A DNA stretch of 64,000 bases from contig JBHGNT010000001.1 of the NCBI GenBank assembly GCA_043228905.1, forward strand, positions 10,292,001 through 10,356,000. The letters are read 5' to 3'. The DNA is from Azolla caroliniana. Lineage: Eukaryota; Plantae; Polypodiophyta. Within the stretch, counting starts at the first letter, position 1, and each line of letters opens with the position of its first letter. Below are positions 24,674 through 37,306 of the stretch, piece by piece. The notes below the pieces were generated by a model. That model searched no databases and had not been told where the DNA came from. It saw only the letters and a program-made list of their open reading frames with translations. The position numbers were made by a program, and so were the translations under genes.

Positions 24674-26234
24674 AATGGATGCAAGATATGAAGAAATGGT
24701 TTGGAAAATGGGACAAATCACATTTGTTTCCTTATGTATCAATAGTCTGTTCATGAATGAGGCTTTTTTGCAACATCAATGTATCATGGATTGGGAAAGA
24801 TGTGGAGGTTCACATTTGTTGCTTCAAACTACAAAATCATCTTCTTCTCCATACGGGGAAACTGCATTCATCAATACATGCAAGAGCCCCTCCCTTCACT
24901 TGGCATCGACACCATTGCTTCCATACAATTTAGTTCACATTTCTCTGATATGAGAGGGCGCATTGAGATACACTTGGGAGACTTTACTATACATATTTTG
25001 CCAAGAACAAGTTCAAGAGTTCAGAGTATCCCACTTTGATACAATGTGCTACATTCGACCGCATTTGAATTTGCTTTTCACATGTTGGAAACCCAATTCA
25101 ATCCCTCTACATATTTCTCTCACAATCGCAATGTGCATTGTTGATTGCAACATTTACTGGTAAAATTCTTGAGCGTTGAGAGTCACTACCCAATTCCACA
25201 CATAACGAGGCAAAAACGTTTCACCTTTTGTCCCATATGCCATATGTCTCTAGTAACTCTGCTATAACAGTAAATAAGATGCAGGTTGAAGACAAAGAAT
25301 AGCTTTTTTAGAGAGCTTACGAGCACCATGAGAGTGAAACAAGAATTCTCTCTAGACCTGCTGCACATATTCTATGTATTGACCAACTAGGAGAGTTTAT
25401 CCAAGAAGCCCTGAGAGATCATGAGGAAAAACCAGCTATTAGACACCTCACAGTATTGCTTCTTGTTTATGCAGAATACTACTTATAGATATTTTCATCT
25501 AAGGCCCAATGCCACATGGGAATTTGGATGCTTTTGCGGAGATAACTTCCAAGATATCTGGAAAAGTCGACGAATATCTGGATGTGCAGCTAGGAGGAAA
25601 AGTACAGGACATGAGAACATGAGAACATGAGTAACTGTAGTATTCAGCCACATTAGTACTCACTTTAAGAAAGTTTATCAATGGCCAGTTGGTGGATGCC
25701 CAAAAGGGCGAAATGTGGCATATCACATCATCCTACGGTGACACACTGATGCAAAGTATCGAATTTCCAGCGTCTAGCTTAATGTTTTCAATTCATCATT
25801 TAAGTTTTTCATATTGTTCGACGATTTTGAAAAGACACTCTCCAGCTGCAGAGGGTTCTTTGGTAATGATTTCTGGTGCCAAAGGTTATATTGATCTCTC
25901 ATGGATGTTAATATATCATTGTGCTCGTTAATATATATATATATATATATATATATCCACGCCAAAATAAAAGTGAGAAACGAGGAATGGAATACCTTGT
26001 TAACTTCCATCTCCTCTGTTTTTTTTGAGGGCTTCTTGAAGACCTTCCCTGAGGAAAATAAATACGGGAAAAAAGAGTATATGTAATCCTTATATGAAAG
26101 AAGGAAAATTGAAGTAGATTGTTTAATCAATTAATTTCATACTAACCTTTCCTGATGTTGATGAGTTTTCCATGGCGATTGGCAGCTGCAGATTTCTTCT
26201 GCTGCCCTTTGAAAAGCGATCCCTTCTGCGTCAT
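24477..26234 (-). CDS. Small basic UPF0390/DUF2462 (C19orf53, Leydig cell tumor 10 kDa-like) protein, 3 exons, 92 aa
   Basis: Exons 26234-26147, 26048-25996 and 24614-24477 (GT-AG) give MTQKGSLFKGQQKKSAAANRHGKLINIRKGKVFKKPSKKTEEMEVNKEVQKFIDQANESKAATIACKEGARLRLIKMPEEAATSKKSKKSKS*. The ORF track misses this gene. Confidence 0.85.
24700..25430 (+). mobile_element. Decayed LINE 3'-end fragments inside intron 2 of the UPF0390 gene (antisense to the host)
   Basis: Frameshifted IFCQEQVQE-SEYPTLIQCATFDRI (Cys/His knuckle-like) and DQLGEFIQEALR resemble LINE ORF2 C-termini. Confidence 0.45.
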
Positions 26235-26316
26235 TCGATCGTCCCCTCGCAATGAGAGATGAGATTCTCGGTCGCTCGTCCCCTCACAGTGGCTTCTTCT
26301 TCAAAGAGGTTTTGTT

Positions 26317-26324
26317 TAGGGTTT
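26317..26324 (-). promoter_or_regulatory. Telo-box (AAACCCTA) upstream of the UPF0390 gene ATG
   Basis: TAGGGTTT on the + strand, 83 nt upstream of the ATG, with a site II-like AGCCCA near 26510. This pairing is typical of plant translation and ribosome-biogenesis genes. Confidence 0.55.
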
Positions 26325-27161
26325 CTTATTCTCTGTCGGGGCCTCCCTCAGTAGGAATCTTCAGAGAAAGTTAATGGATTTTACATATGTACTTCAAAAG
26401 TCTGCGTTCCATGTGTGTGTGTGTGTGTGAAATGGCACTCATTCGGTTTCACACTCGATGCCCAATAGACACACACAAAGAAAGAAATTTCTATTCATGT
26501 CTTTTTAAGAGCCCAACATGGCCTACATTGAGTTCTTTGCCATCTTAAGATGTGTTTGTCCATAGAGAGAGAGAGAGAGAGAGAGAGAGATCACGATGAT
26601 GGTCATGCAAACATGAAAGATATGAGAATCGAAAAACTTTTTAAGTGGAGGATGGATGGATAGATGGATGGATGGACATATCGGGCTCACGCTGCTTTGC
26701 TTTACATACAGTAAGTAAGTAAGTAGGTAGCATGCTCAAACAACAAATGCATATAAGGCGTGTGTTCGATTCGATTGGCGGGAAATATGATGGGACGGAC
26801 GACTTGTGAGACGGGGCATGATAAAAATGGGAGGGTCATACACGCGCCCTCCTCGGAATGTTTCCATCCACGGAGAGGAAAGGTTTTTTGCCATCAATTG
26901 GGCGGGCGGGAGCATTATTTTTCAAGCCGAGAGAACTTGTTGTATTTGGGTTGGTTGTGACTAACTACTCCAAGAGTAGTAGTAACGCCTCCTTTTTAAG
27001 GAAGTGAGATGATAAGACATTCATATATTACATATATTATTATTACTATTAGTATGGAATTTGGTCCCTCCCACACCTCTAATTTGGCCTCATACACACA
27101 CACCACATATTTATTTCTCTTCTTCTCTCTCAGAGAGAGAGAGAGACACACACACACACAC

Positions 27162-28860
27162 ATGTTGACGCTCCTCCGAACCGGAATCGGAACCGGAACC
27201 GGTATCCGAGCCGTTTCGCCTCCCCCCGCCTCGCCACCGTTCTCTTCTTCGATGCGCTTCTCCTCCGCGATTCTTCGCCACCAGGCCAGAACCGATTCTC
27301 AGACATCCAACAGTGGTCTCCTCTCAGATAACAGCTTTCCTGTCCCTTCTTCTCCTTCACCCTCGTCTTTCTTCGTTTACTGCCTTCTCTCTGCAGATCT
27401 GTGTCGAACCTACGTTGGTGTCACTTCCGATCTTCATCGCAGGTATGCCTCTCTCTATTTTTTCTTCACGAAGAAAGGAGAAATTGTGTTAAATTCCCAT
27501 GAAGAGTCGATGCGCACAGGATCTTATATGTAAATTCATGAAAATCGACTCAAATAGGTTCTGTTTCAGTTAACACATATGATTACGGCAACCATTTCTC
27601 TGTTAAAGCCATGGAAACTGAAATGAAAATAGGTTTTGTGAAAGTATTCATTACTGGAACCAAAGAAACAATAGACGAATAAAAGTAGGTGTTGTATTTC
27701 TCTATTTAAATCCATGAAAAGAAACTTCACATAGGTATTTTTATATGTTTATAATTCTCGAGTCAAGGATTTTGACTGTTTATAATTTAAATTGCATGGA
27801 AATGGATGGTAAATTTTGCATTTTTAGTATACAAATATGTGATGTGCATCATTGCCTGTACATTGCAAAGAAGGACAATTTCTTTCAACAATGATGTAAG
27901 GTGTTTTCTTTCTGTGTTGGAAATCCATGGAAATAGACAACAAATAGGTATTTTGTATTATGGCTTTGATGAATATTAAAGATTGGATAATTCATGAGTG
28001 AATATTTTTAACTGGTTCCATCAAACGAGAATTTATGGAGAGCGAAGCTATGTGTAGGTTAGCTTCTTACACATGAAATAATTAGAAAACGCCATGGGGA
28101 TTTAGGATTTACCACAAATTTACTGAAAATATGTTTATAGATATGGTGGATTTTGTTCCCTTCATATTTAAAGATTATGACCATCAAATATTTGATTGGC
28201 ATTTTCATGAATAGTAGCAATATTTCCTCAACACATGATGATAATGATGACAATGACAGTAATACAATGTGATATGATGATCTGACATGATGTACTGTGA
28301 TATGATGGTTTTAGCTTATTTCAATGGTGAATATGGTGGCTATGAAGCTAACTGGAATTACTGTGCCATTCTTTTACTTATAGAATTAGACAGCACAATG
28401 GTGAAATAGCAGGTGGTGCAAAGGCATCCAGATCTGGAAGGCCATGGAAGATTATATGTACTGTCCAAGGCTTTGCAACATATAGTGAAGGTAATGAAAT
28501 TTGTAATCATAACTTTTCTCTTCCATATTACTTAGTTTTGAGGAACGTAAGCAAGGTTTGGGAAAAAAATGATTGGAAATGGAAAGATGTATAGCATAGC
28601 CTCTGTTAATTTTAATGAAGTGAAAGATCTTAGTTTCTCTTTCATGCTAATTAGCTTGCAAATTTGAGTGGAGGTGGAAAGATGTTTCAAAGAGAATGAA
28701 TGCAAAACATCCATCAGTGCAAGATGAAACAATTCCAAGAGATTCTCTCTTTGATGCTCCTTCGGTTCACAAAAGAAAAAGGGCTCTCGATAGAATCCGG
28801 AGCTCGAGCGATTGGCAATGCTTGAACATCGAGTGGCATCTAAACCATGAATATTCTTGA
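27162..28860 (+). CDS. GIY-YIG structure-specific endonuclease, SLX1-like (short plant type), 3 exons
   Basis: Exons 27162-27442, 28384-28490 and 28655-28860 give FVYCLLS..TYVGVTSDLHRRIRQHNGEIAGGAKASRSGRPW..VQGF..SEACKFEWRWK. No RING domain. Confidence 0.9.
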
Positions 28861-31800
28861 TTCTGGAGGGGGATCTTGATATGATTGACAACATAAAGTG
28901 AAATTTAGGTGTTTCCCTTATTGGCATGTCAAAAACCTTAGCATGTGATCCCATAAATGAACATTCTCTCAATCAACAGAGAGGAATGCAAGGGATTGAA
29001 TCTATCCATAATCGGCGCAGTTTGATATTCAAAATTTTTACTTCACCCATGTTGTTGTATGGTTAATTCTTCTCCATCTATGAATCAATCTGATGTATAT
29101 TATGTATATATATAATCCATTTCATAGATCTATTGATATATTCATTTCTGAAGATTTTGAAGCTTCACTTAGGAACTTCTCTTACTTAAAACCATGATGA
29201 TCGTAGCCATCAACAAAACCTCTTATCATTTTTTACTGTAGTTTTATTTCCCAACTATGTGTGTCTTGTAAAGCATGACAATTCGTTTTGTTTATGGCAA
29301 AAGACTCTTCATGGAGAAATGTTCCACTTTATCAAGGTTATATCATTGTACAATTTACATTATCTTGTTTGGATGTTAATTAAATGGGCAAAATTTGCTG
29401 CGAGAGGATTAATAAGCAGGTTTAGATCAGCCAAGAAGTACATTTTTTGGCCATAATCGTGTGTGAATCAGTCTGTAAACTTTGCAAGGTTTATAGGTAT
29501 TCGAAGTGTTGATCAACTACTCTGATTATGGGCAGAATGTACTTGCCAATTTAGATACTATATCCAATTTTATTTCAATTATTTAATGCACAATTGTGTT
29601 TTGATATATTTGTAACACTTAATCAGTTTTAGCTTTATTGTCGGTTATAAATGACAAATGGGCCTTTTTTCTTGTGTTGGTGATGAGATCACACGTTGAA
29701 ATTATGAGAAATTTTGTCCTAAAACAATTTTTTGATTATGTCAAGTTTTCTTAATAGTACTTATTGAACAATTACCCTACATGGTTTCTATTCTTTGAGA
29801 GATAGCATGACTTTTTAGAGGCACTATGGATAGTTTTTGCCTCCTCATCTACCATCTTTGTATGATTTATAGTGATTTCAGCACATAGCAATTCCACAAT
29901 TATTTCAACACATGTTTTAAGCTACATCCCCTCTTGTACATATAGCTATAATGTTAATGACATTTTTTGAGTGCACGATTTGCTAATGTGTTTGTATTTG
30001 TTTTTTTATAGGTAGAAACATCTTGATGTTGAATATTTGTGTTTAACATTTTCATAATTCTACCCATCAGCTTGAATAAGAAGTAAGCTTTATTTGGACA
30101 ACTTTCAATGCATCGTGGAGGTAGATGTTGAGTTTATTCTGCTGTTGAGATGTGAAAGCTTGGGGAGCAAGCAATATTTGATATCCTAAATTGTGTAGAA
30201 ATAACCTCGAAAGTTTGGAGCTAAATATGAGAAACTCATAGGAATGAAGTCTAGCTAAGATATGGCATTTCAACTCATATCATTCCATTGAAGAAATATA
30301 AAAAATATTGTCAATATAGTTGTAAGAAATCAATGACACATTATTTGTTTTGTTTAATCTACTTTTGACACAAATTTACTACATCTTTTGAGTTTATTTA
30401 GTTCCAATAAGGCATTTCCTACTAAAGCACAATATGGAAGACTACCCTTATACATCACATAAGACATTGGATACTTTTGCTTTGTAACCTTAATGGTGGA
30501 GATTAAGCCTTTGGCAATTAGCTTGAGCTGAGACCATAATAATAATAAACAATTCATATTTCTAGTTTTTATCATTCTCATAAAATAGCTTTATACATTC
30601 ACTTTCCACAACCCTTTGCTCCTAACTATGCCTTCATAAATTTACTTATGCAAACCGAGTTTGAAAAGAATAACATTGTCTTCTACAAACATAATCTTCA
30701 ATTGTTGAGTTTTCTTTTGCATAAACCTAATCTTGATTTGAATCTTGTGATACATAAACTCACTATTTGTTTGGAATGCTATAGTAAGTAAGATTTTCCA
30801 TCATCACTTTCCTATCTTAGTATTTTTATGCTTTTACAGTTTTGATGGTCATCTTTAAGCTATGGGATAACATGCCTCCCAAGTTTGAATCTTATGCTTC
30901 AACTAGTGTTTTATATCGTATGTGACAATTATAAAAGTATATAACTTTGTTCAAGATCAAGTGTGTTGGTTGGGTTGGGGTGGGGGATTCTATTTGTGAT
31001 CAACCTTTATCGTTGATAAGGGATGGAAAAAATGATATCATGTATCCATTTAAACAATAACAATGTTTACTCATATCATTTTAATAAGCCTAGTATTTTA
31101 GCCCCCCTTTTACATGCATGTTCTTTCTTTGGGATATACCAAACAACTTGAATCCTACCACTTACTAGAAACAAATAGCATACTCCTTTTCCTTCAAATT
31201 CTTGGAATGATCGATTGATCATAAGACGTAGGTGTACACTTTATTTGAGATGCAGTTAATGACTCATGTGTAGTAAAATACACGATATAAAAGTCTCCAT
31301 CAGAACCTAGTAATATAATATCCCAAGCAAGTTGCTTTTTCCAACCAACAAACCTTATTTTCTAGACATTGTCGTACGGGCTTAATTTTTGAATTAGAAA
31401 CAAAGAGCTAGAAATGGGTCAATTAGAGTAGGATGGGGATCTTTTGATTGTGTTGCATTGAACAAGACACTTAGTAATTTAGTAGATTCTAGGGAGAAGA
31501 TGTTGACTACAATGTTGGCATTATGTTGGGGTACAATATTAAGGGAAAATGCAAACTATGAGATCTTTGATACAAGAGTTACGTTATTACACCTTGTAAT
31601 ATGTTTAAATTGTTAATTCTTGGGTTGCCTTGAATCACTTACAACAACTTTGTCCAAATGCATTGGCTTGTAAGTCCTCTAGAGGGAAGTTTTCTAAACA
31701 TGATCGTAAGATTCCAAGCCTATTGATGTTAATTGGTTAATATTCACTTGTTGAACTGCAATATATTAAGCTATAACTCGACATGAGGTTCAAGAATCGA

Positions 31801-34800
31801 TATTTGAAGTCACATTTGAATCTCCAATGATTTCAAGGTTGTCCCATAAGAAAATGTAGCAAACTATTTAGCAAAGTTGACTAATTTTCCCTTTTACTCC
31901 ACACATAGTTATCTTGGCAAGTAGAAGCCAAAATTTAAAGATTTTGATAGCAACCATTGGATTTTCGTGATTTTACCAAAGTACCTAGACACTTGCAAAT
32001 TAAGCAACAAGTAGTACATACTCAATCCAAAGGCAGATCTTTTATCGGTTTTATTTGTTCACATGTTCCATGTTTAGACCAAATCCAATGAGGGGAAAAT
32101 GCAAAGAAGGTTAGTGGTTCTTGGTTCTTGACATGAACAACTTTTAGTTATGATGCAAAAGTTCAATCATAATATAGAATGGGAAGAGTGGAACATGACA
32201 TCAAAATATGGAATGCAATGTTGTGATTTCAGTTTCGACATTTCTTTATCTCTTTTTATTAGGGCTTTGTACCTTTTGTGCTATGAGATGATACTCGATT
32301 CTTCATTTTCATCAGATATCCCTTATAAATTAGTGGTGTTTAACAATTATGGTGCACATATATAGCTAACCATATTGTTGCATTTTGTTATGTCTACATG
32401 ACTCTCAAAGCAATTATTAATTTTTTGTTTTTTTCTTAGTTCTAGGACAAATGCCAATGACGGTCTTAAAGAGAGATGTGCACTCAACAAAAGAGCAAAA
32501 AGGGAGATGAAAAGATACATTAGGTTTCATTCATTTTCATAAAGGCAAACAAATCAATTAAACTCCTTAGCTTGACATGGCATACCTCTCCTTTTCGTAG
32601 TATTCAAAATCTTGCCCTTTAGGGCTAACTCCCTCAAAATTACAATATAAAATGTGTAAAAGCATGAGCCCATGATCTCAACATAAAAAACTTTTTTACA
32701 TCAATACCATCTTTTCTTGTTTCCACACATACCAATGAAGTCGACATTGTTGGGGCAATATATTGGCTATAGATAGTAAGGGAGATCAGGAATATGATAA
32801 GCTCACTTGCCTTTAGTGGTGATGTGACAATGTCTTTCTAGTCTTACAACATTTCTTTTAAGTGATGGTAGCAAACGCCTGCCTAAGTTGACCCTGAAAT
32901 TGAAGACGTTGACAAGTTTCCACACAATTTCTCGGGAACCCAAAACTATAAGCGTACATGCATTGTGAACTCGATATGGCACATATTCTCATGAGCACAT
33001 AGTTATGAAAGAACCCAGTGATCTTGGAAGAGGCCATAAAGTTATAAGATTATTAGAAGTTTGGCATTAGATAAGAAGATTGGCTTCAAGTTATAAGATT
33101 ATTTAAAGCTATAAGAACCAAGTGACGGTCTCACTGGCATCAATGTTTTATCTCTCAACATCTACACATTGCTATGAATCCTAATGAATTCTTCTAGCAC
33201 TTTCTAGTAATACGAGTCAACTATAAATATTATATAAAGATAAATACACACATATGAATGTGCACCATTAATAATGCAATTGCAACTCTCTCTATATGTG
33301 TATGTATCCGTCGTTCCAACTTACTCCCAAAACCATGCAATACATGAATTTACATGCTTTCGTTTAACTTAGATTAATTCACATCACTCCACAAAACTAT
33401 ATGATTATGAGTTACATACTTTTTGTTAAACATAGACAAATCATATATCACTCCAGAAATAGAGATAGACTACGGCAAAGAATAAAATGGATTGCAAATA
33501 TAGTTTTTTGAAATTGCACAAGTAGCTCTATCAAACAAATCTATTATAAATGGAGGCTAATTAGGTCATTGTATGAATTGTACACCTTAGCCCAACTTTT
33601 TATTTTTTGGGCCTAATATTTAATTGTTCCATTGGATAAATATTTCATGATTATGTATTGTTTTTTTTATATGATTTGTGTTTATTGAAGTAAAGTTCCT
33701 AATATTTCATCGTTCCATTAGATAAATATGGACAACACGTATGCAGAAAATAGTAACAAACAATTAGAATGGGTAGGACACTTGGGGAACAACAAAATTG
33801 CTCAGTGTAGAATGTAATGAGCTTTGTGACTTCCTTATGGATAAATTGTTGTGCTCATATATATTTAGATTGATTAAATATGGAGTATTGGTAAGATAGA
33901 ACTATCATTCTTGTCCAAACTAGCTATTAATGGTACATCAAATGCAACAAAGGATGTCTGGTTTCAGTTACAATATGGGAGGGGATTACAGGAAAGGGGA
34001 ACATGGTACTAGCATATTGGGGATGCAACAGTGGGCTTAATGTGTGCATGGGGTTACAATGTTGACATAGAGATGCTCACCAACCATCGAATAAGTATCC
34101 AACAACTAACAATCGATGTCGTGTCCGACTATTCCTCTTGGTTGGTTGTACCCCCATAGTTGGTGGATGGATGTGGCCCATACGATCGATGATTGGCACC
34201 TATTAAGTGGTAACAGACTAATAAGAGGGGTTTATAAGCTCGTACACAACCAATAGAGACGGGAAAAGGTGGCTTCTGGCTTCTTTCGCCCTACACAATG
34301 TCCGAACCCATGATCCCAAAATGAAAGGATCGAATGTTAAGGTTGAGTTTCTTTGCTGGTTGGCCTCATTTCGTTTCTTGTTCATGCACGAAAGGCCACG
34401 GGGATTATGAGAAACCCAGAATGGGAGGTAGATCTATAATCCTTTTCCCTTAATCTAACAATTGCGACCATCAAAGCCCAAAAAGAGCTTCGATCGAGCA
34501 ATTTCGGGGCTCGCTCGAGGCATTCGAATGATACAAAAAAGAAGAAAAAAAAACAAAGAGAAAAGATTGAATTGCAAGTTCAAAACTCTTTTTAGGGTTT
34601 TTTGTTTTACCCCCCCCCCCCCCCCAAAAAAAACCAGGAGGGTGTTAAGAATTACAAAATAACTAATCAAATTTTGAAAAAAAAAGGAAATAAAAAACGA
34701 ACAAAAAGAAGAAGAAGAAGAAGAAGGAATTAAGAAGGGAAAAAGAAGAGAATTGAAATGATATTTATTTAGTAAGCCGTGTTTATGGGGCGGCAGGGGC

Positions 34801-35135
34801 AGACCAAGGGCCGTCCGATGGGATGCATCAACGGCTCAGATCCATCCCTCCATTCCTTCCTTCATCCCCTCCCTGTTCTTTGCCTCTTCCCCTCCTCTCT
34901 CTCTCATTTTCTCATTATTCCATAGCTCCTCTGTTTTACCTCCCCTGTTTCTCAGCTGCTCCATTTATTTAACTAACCCAAATTATATAACCTACGCTTG
35001 GTGCTTTCGCTTATCTTTTCAGAAGAAGAAGAAGAAGCAAAAAGTCGCCCATTTTCGTTTCTCCAAATTAATTTGATCTTACTTCTGATCCTTTGTTTTT
35101 TATCTGATTTTGATCCTAAGCCTCCATCGGAAGAA

Positions 35136-37306
35136 ATGGTTTAATCCTCGACTCCCTCCCTTCCCTTTCCGTTTCTTAATTATAGCAATTAATCAAATTT
35201 GCAAAATATGGGTCTTTGTTTGTCATCGACTTTCATTGATTGGGTCATCGTTCGATCAAATACATACTTAGCAAATCATTCGATCAATTAAATTCCATTA
35301 GGAGATTTAGATATTTTCTTTCGTGTAAACTTTTTGGGAGAGGGTTTTGTGAGGTTTTTTTAAGTATCAGGGGTTAAAGCTTATTTGTATAGAAAATAAA
35401 AAAGGAACATTTTTTTTTTTTGTTTTTTTGTGACCATTTTGATTCGTTTGAAATCAGGTGCAAAAAAAAGGACAATGTCTTTTTCTTCCATCATTTGGAT
35501 TAATCTCTGTTTTTAACACGTTAATCTCATCGGCAGTGTATGTGAACATAGGGCAAAACAAATGATTATCTAAGCTGTTAGATCAATTTGAAATATTTAG
35601 AGAAATAGGTATGTCACTATATATAGATGAAATTGAAACTCAAAAAATGGTTTCCTTAATGAATTCAGGTTGGGATATACAGTAACCCAAGTTGTTACAG
35701 TGCAGCTGAGAATTATGTGGAAAATCATATGAATGAGAAGCCAGCATGGGTGGAAGCATTGCTGTGTGAGAAGTTTTTCACACCTTGTGGATCCCATTCC
35801 TCATCCAAGAAGAATGAGAGGAACATATTCTGTTTGGATTGCACCATGGGCATTTGTCAGCATTGCCTCCCCAACCATAGCCACCATAAGCTTATCCAGG
35901 TAAGTTCCATCATTAATTAACTCGCCTCTATTTCATCCTTAATCACTCACTGCATCATCCTTAATTATGCTCACTAATCCTGACCTTAATCCTCAAAACT
36001 ACACATGTGTTCATCACTTGTGCTTTCAGCCCCACCTCTATACAAGAAGAACATATACTATGCAAGGTTGTATGTTGTTATACAAGCCTAATAATCCATG
36101 GGGTACACATGAGTTGGTTTGCACTTTGATGATTAATTAGATGCTTAACTAGATGATTAAGCACTTAAAACAGATTATCTAGGTATGGATAGGTTAAGAT
36201 CGAATTTCGAAGGCTTGTTTTAAGAGTATGTAGTTAAATATGTCACACTAGGCTTCATAGTCGTTTGGCCATTTTCATCAACCATTTGGATCTTGCTTTG
36301 ATTTGTTGATATTATTATTGCAAGGAATCCATCAAACAACTTTAGATACTTAAAAACACTTAAAAATCTATTCATGGATGGATTAGCATTGACAAAGTGG
36401 TTCTTATTTAACTCAATATATGTCTTTAACATTTTGCAGATCAGGAGATATGTCTACCATGATGTTATAAGAATTGAGGACATTCAAAAGATGGTGGATT
36501 GCACTCATGTCCAGGTGAACCTCCCCTAAGGCCATTAAATATCTTTCTATGCTTATACCATAGACCCTAAACCCTAAAAAAAACTATGTTGTTTTGCAAT
36601 TTAGCCTTACATCATCAATAGTGCAAAAGTTGTATTTTTGAACCAACGTCCTCAACCTCGTCCATCGAAAGGGCCCGGTTATAACCCTTGCAAAAATTGC
36701 GAGAGGGGTTTGCAAGACACCTATAAGTATTGCTCCATGGGTTGTAAGGTATAAAGCTAATCCCAAATCTCATTGCAAATATATTGTAGGTTTTTTTCTC
36801 TTTCGACATGACGTGCACTATGTTCACTTGTATTCCCTCATCCACGTATATCTTACTAGCACTATATACTAGCAATATAGTGCATAAATGAAGGTTTTAT
36901 TTTGCTTGGTGGGTTTATTCATGGGAATTTGAAATGTTTGTAGGTAGAAGTGGTGATGAAGCACGGAGAAGGACCCTTGCAAGAACTCTTTCCGCGGGTG
37001 TGTAATGCAAAGCGAATTATCTCTGATTTATTAGCATGTATGCTAGAGGAAGAATTGGAGGAATGCATGGATGTCGAACATAGCGAGCAACGCTCTCCTA
37101 ACTCTATCTTGAGTGGGTTAATTTCATGTACACCATCGACATCATCCGGCTCAACTACTCACGATGATCTCATGTCGAGAGGCGAATTGAGTGATAGGGT
37201 GGCCAAGAAACCAAGGATCAAATCGTCTGACCAAACATCTATTTCATTTGCATCTGTGTCCATGAAGAGAAGGAAGAGCACTCCGCATAGATCACCTATT
37301 TCATAA
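35136..37306 (+). CDS. PLATZ zinc-binding transcription factor, 5 coding exons
   Basis: Probable ATG-only exon 35136-35138, then 35669-35899, 36440-36514, 36605-36748 and 36944-37306. Motifs: PAWVEALL.EKFF..C..H, NIFCLDC..ICQHC..H..H..IQIRRYVYHDV, YIINSAKVVFLNQRPQ, CKNCER..YCSMGCK, and C-terminal RRKSTPHRSP. Confidence 0.93.

Noticed and set aside
24770-25050. Minus-strand frame interrupted only by TGA codons (possible recoding)
   Set aside because: It is the antisense of an intronic LINE remnant, with no homology or SECIS-like evidence.
25225-25732. Four exon-like segments in UPF0390 intron 2 that can be spliced in frame on the minus strand
   Set aside because: The 3-exon protein already matches the family without gaps, one implied intron is only ~60 nt, and the opposite strand reads as decayed LINE C-termini. 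Probably chance splice signals.
25640-25800. Possible intronic C/D-box snoRNA (ATGATGA...CTGA on the minus strand)
   Set aside because: No terminal stem and no rRNA-complementary guide that I could recognise; a snoscan/Rfam search would be needed.
26147-26173. ATG at 26173 (MENSSTSGK) as the start of the minus-strand gene
   Set aside because: Wrong phase for exon 2; the upstream ATG at 26234 gives the conserved family N-terminus.
29000-34400. 5-kb AT-rich intergenic stretch with short ORFs
   Set aside because: No recognisable domains, splice chains or terminal repeats; probably old decayed TE or intergenic DNA.
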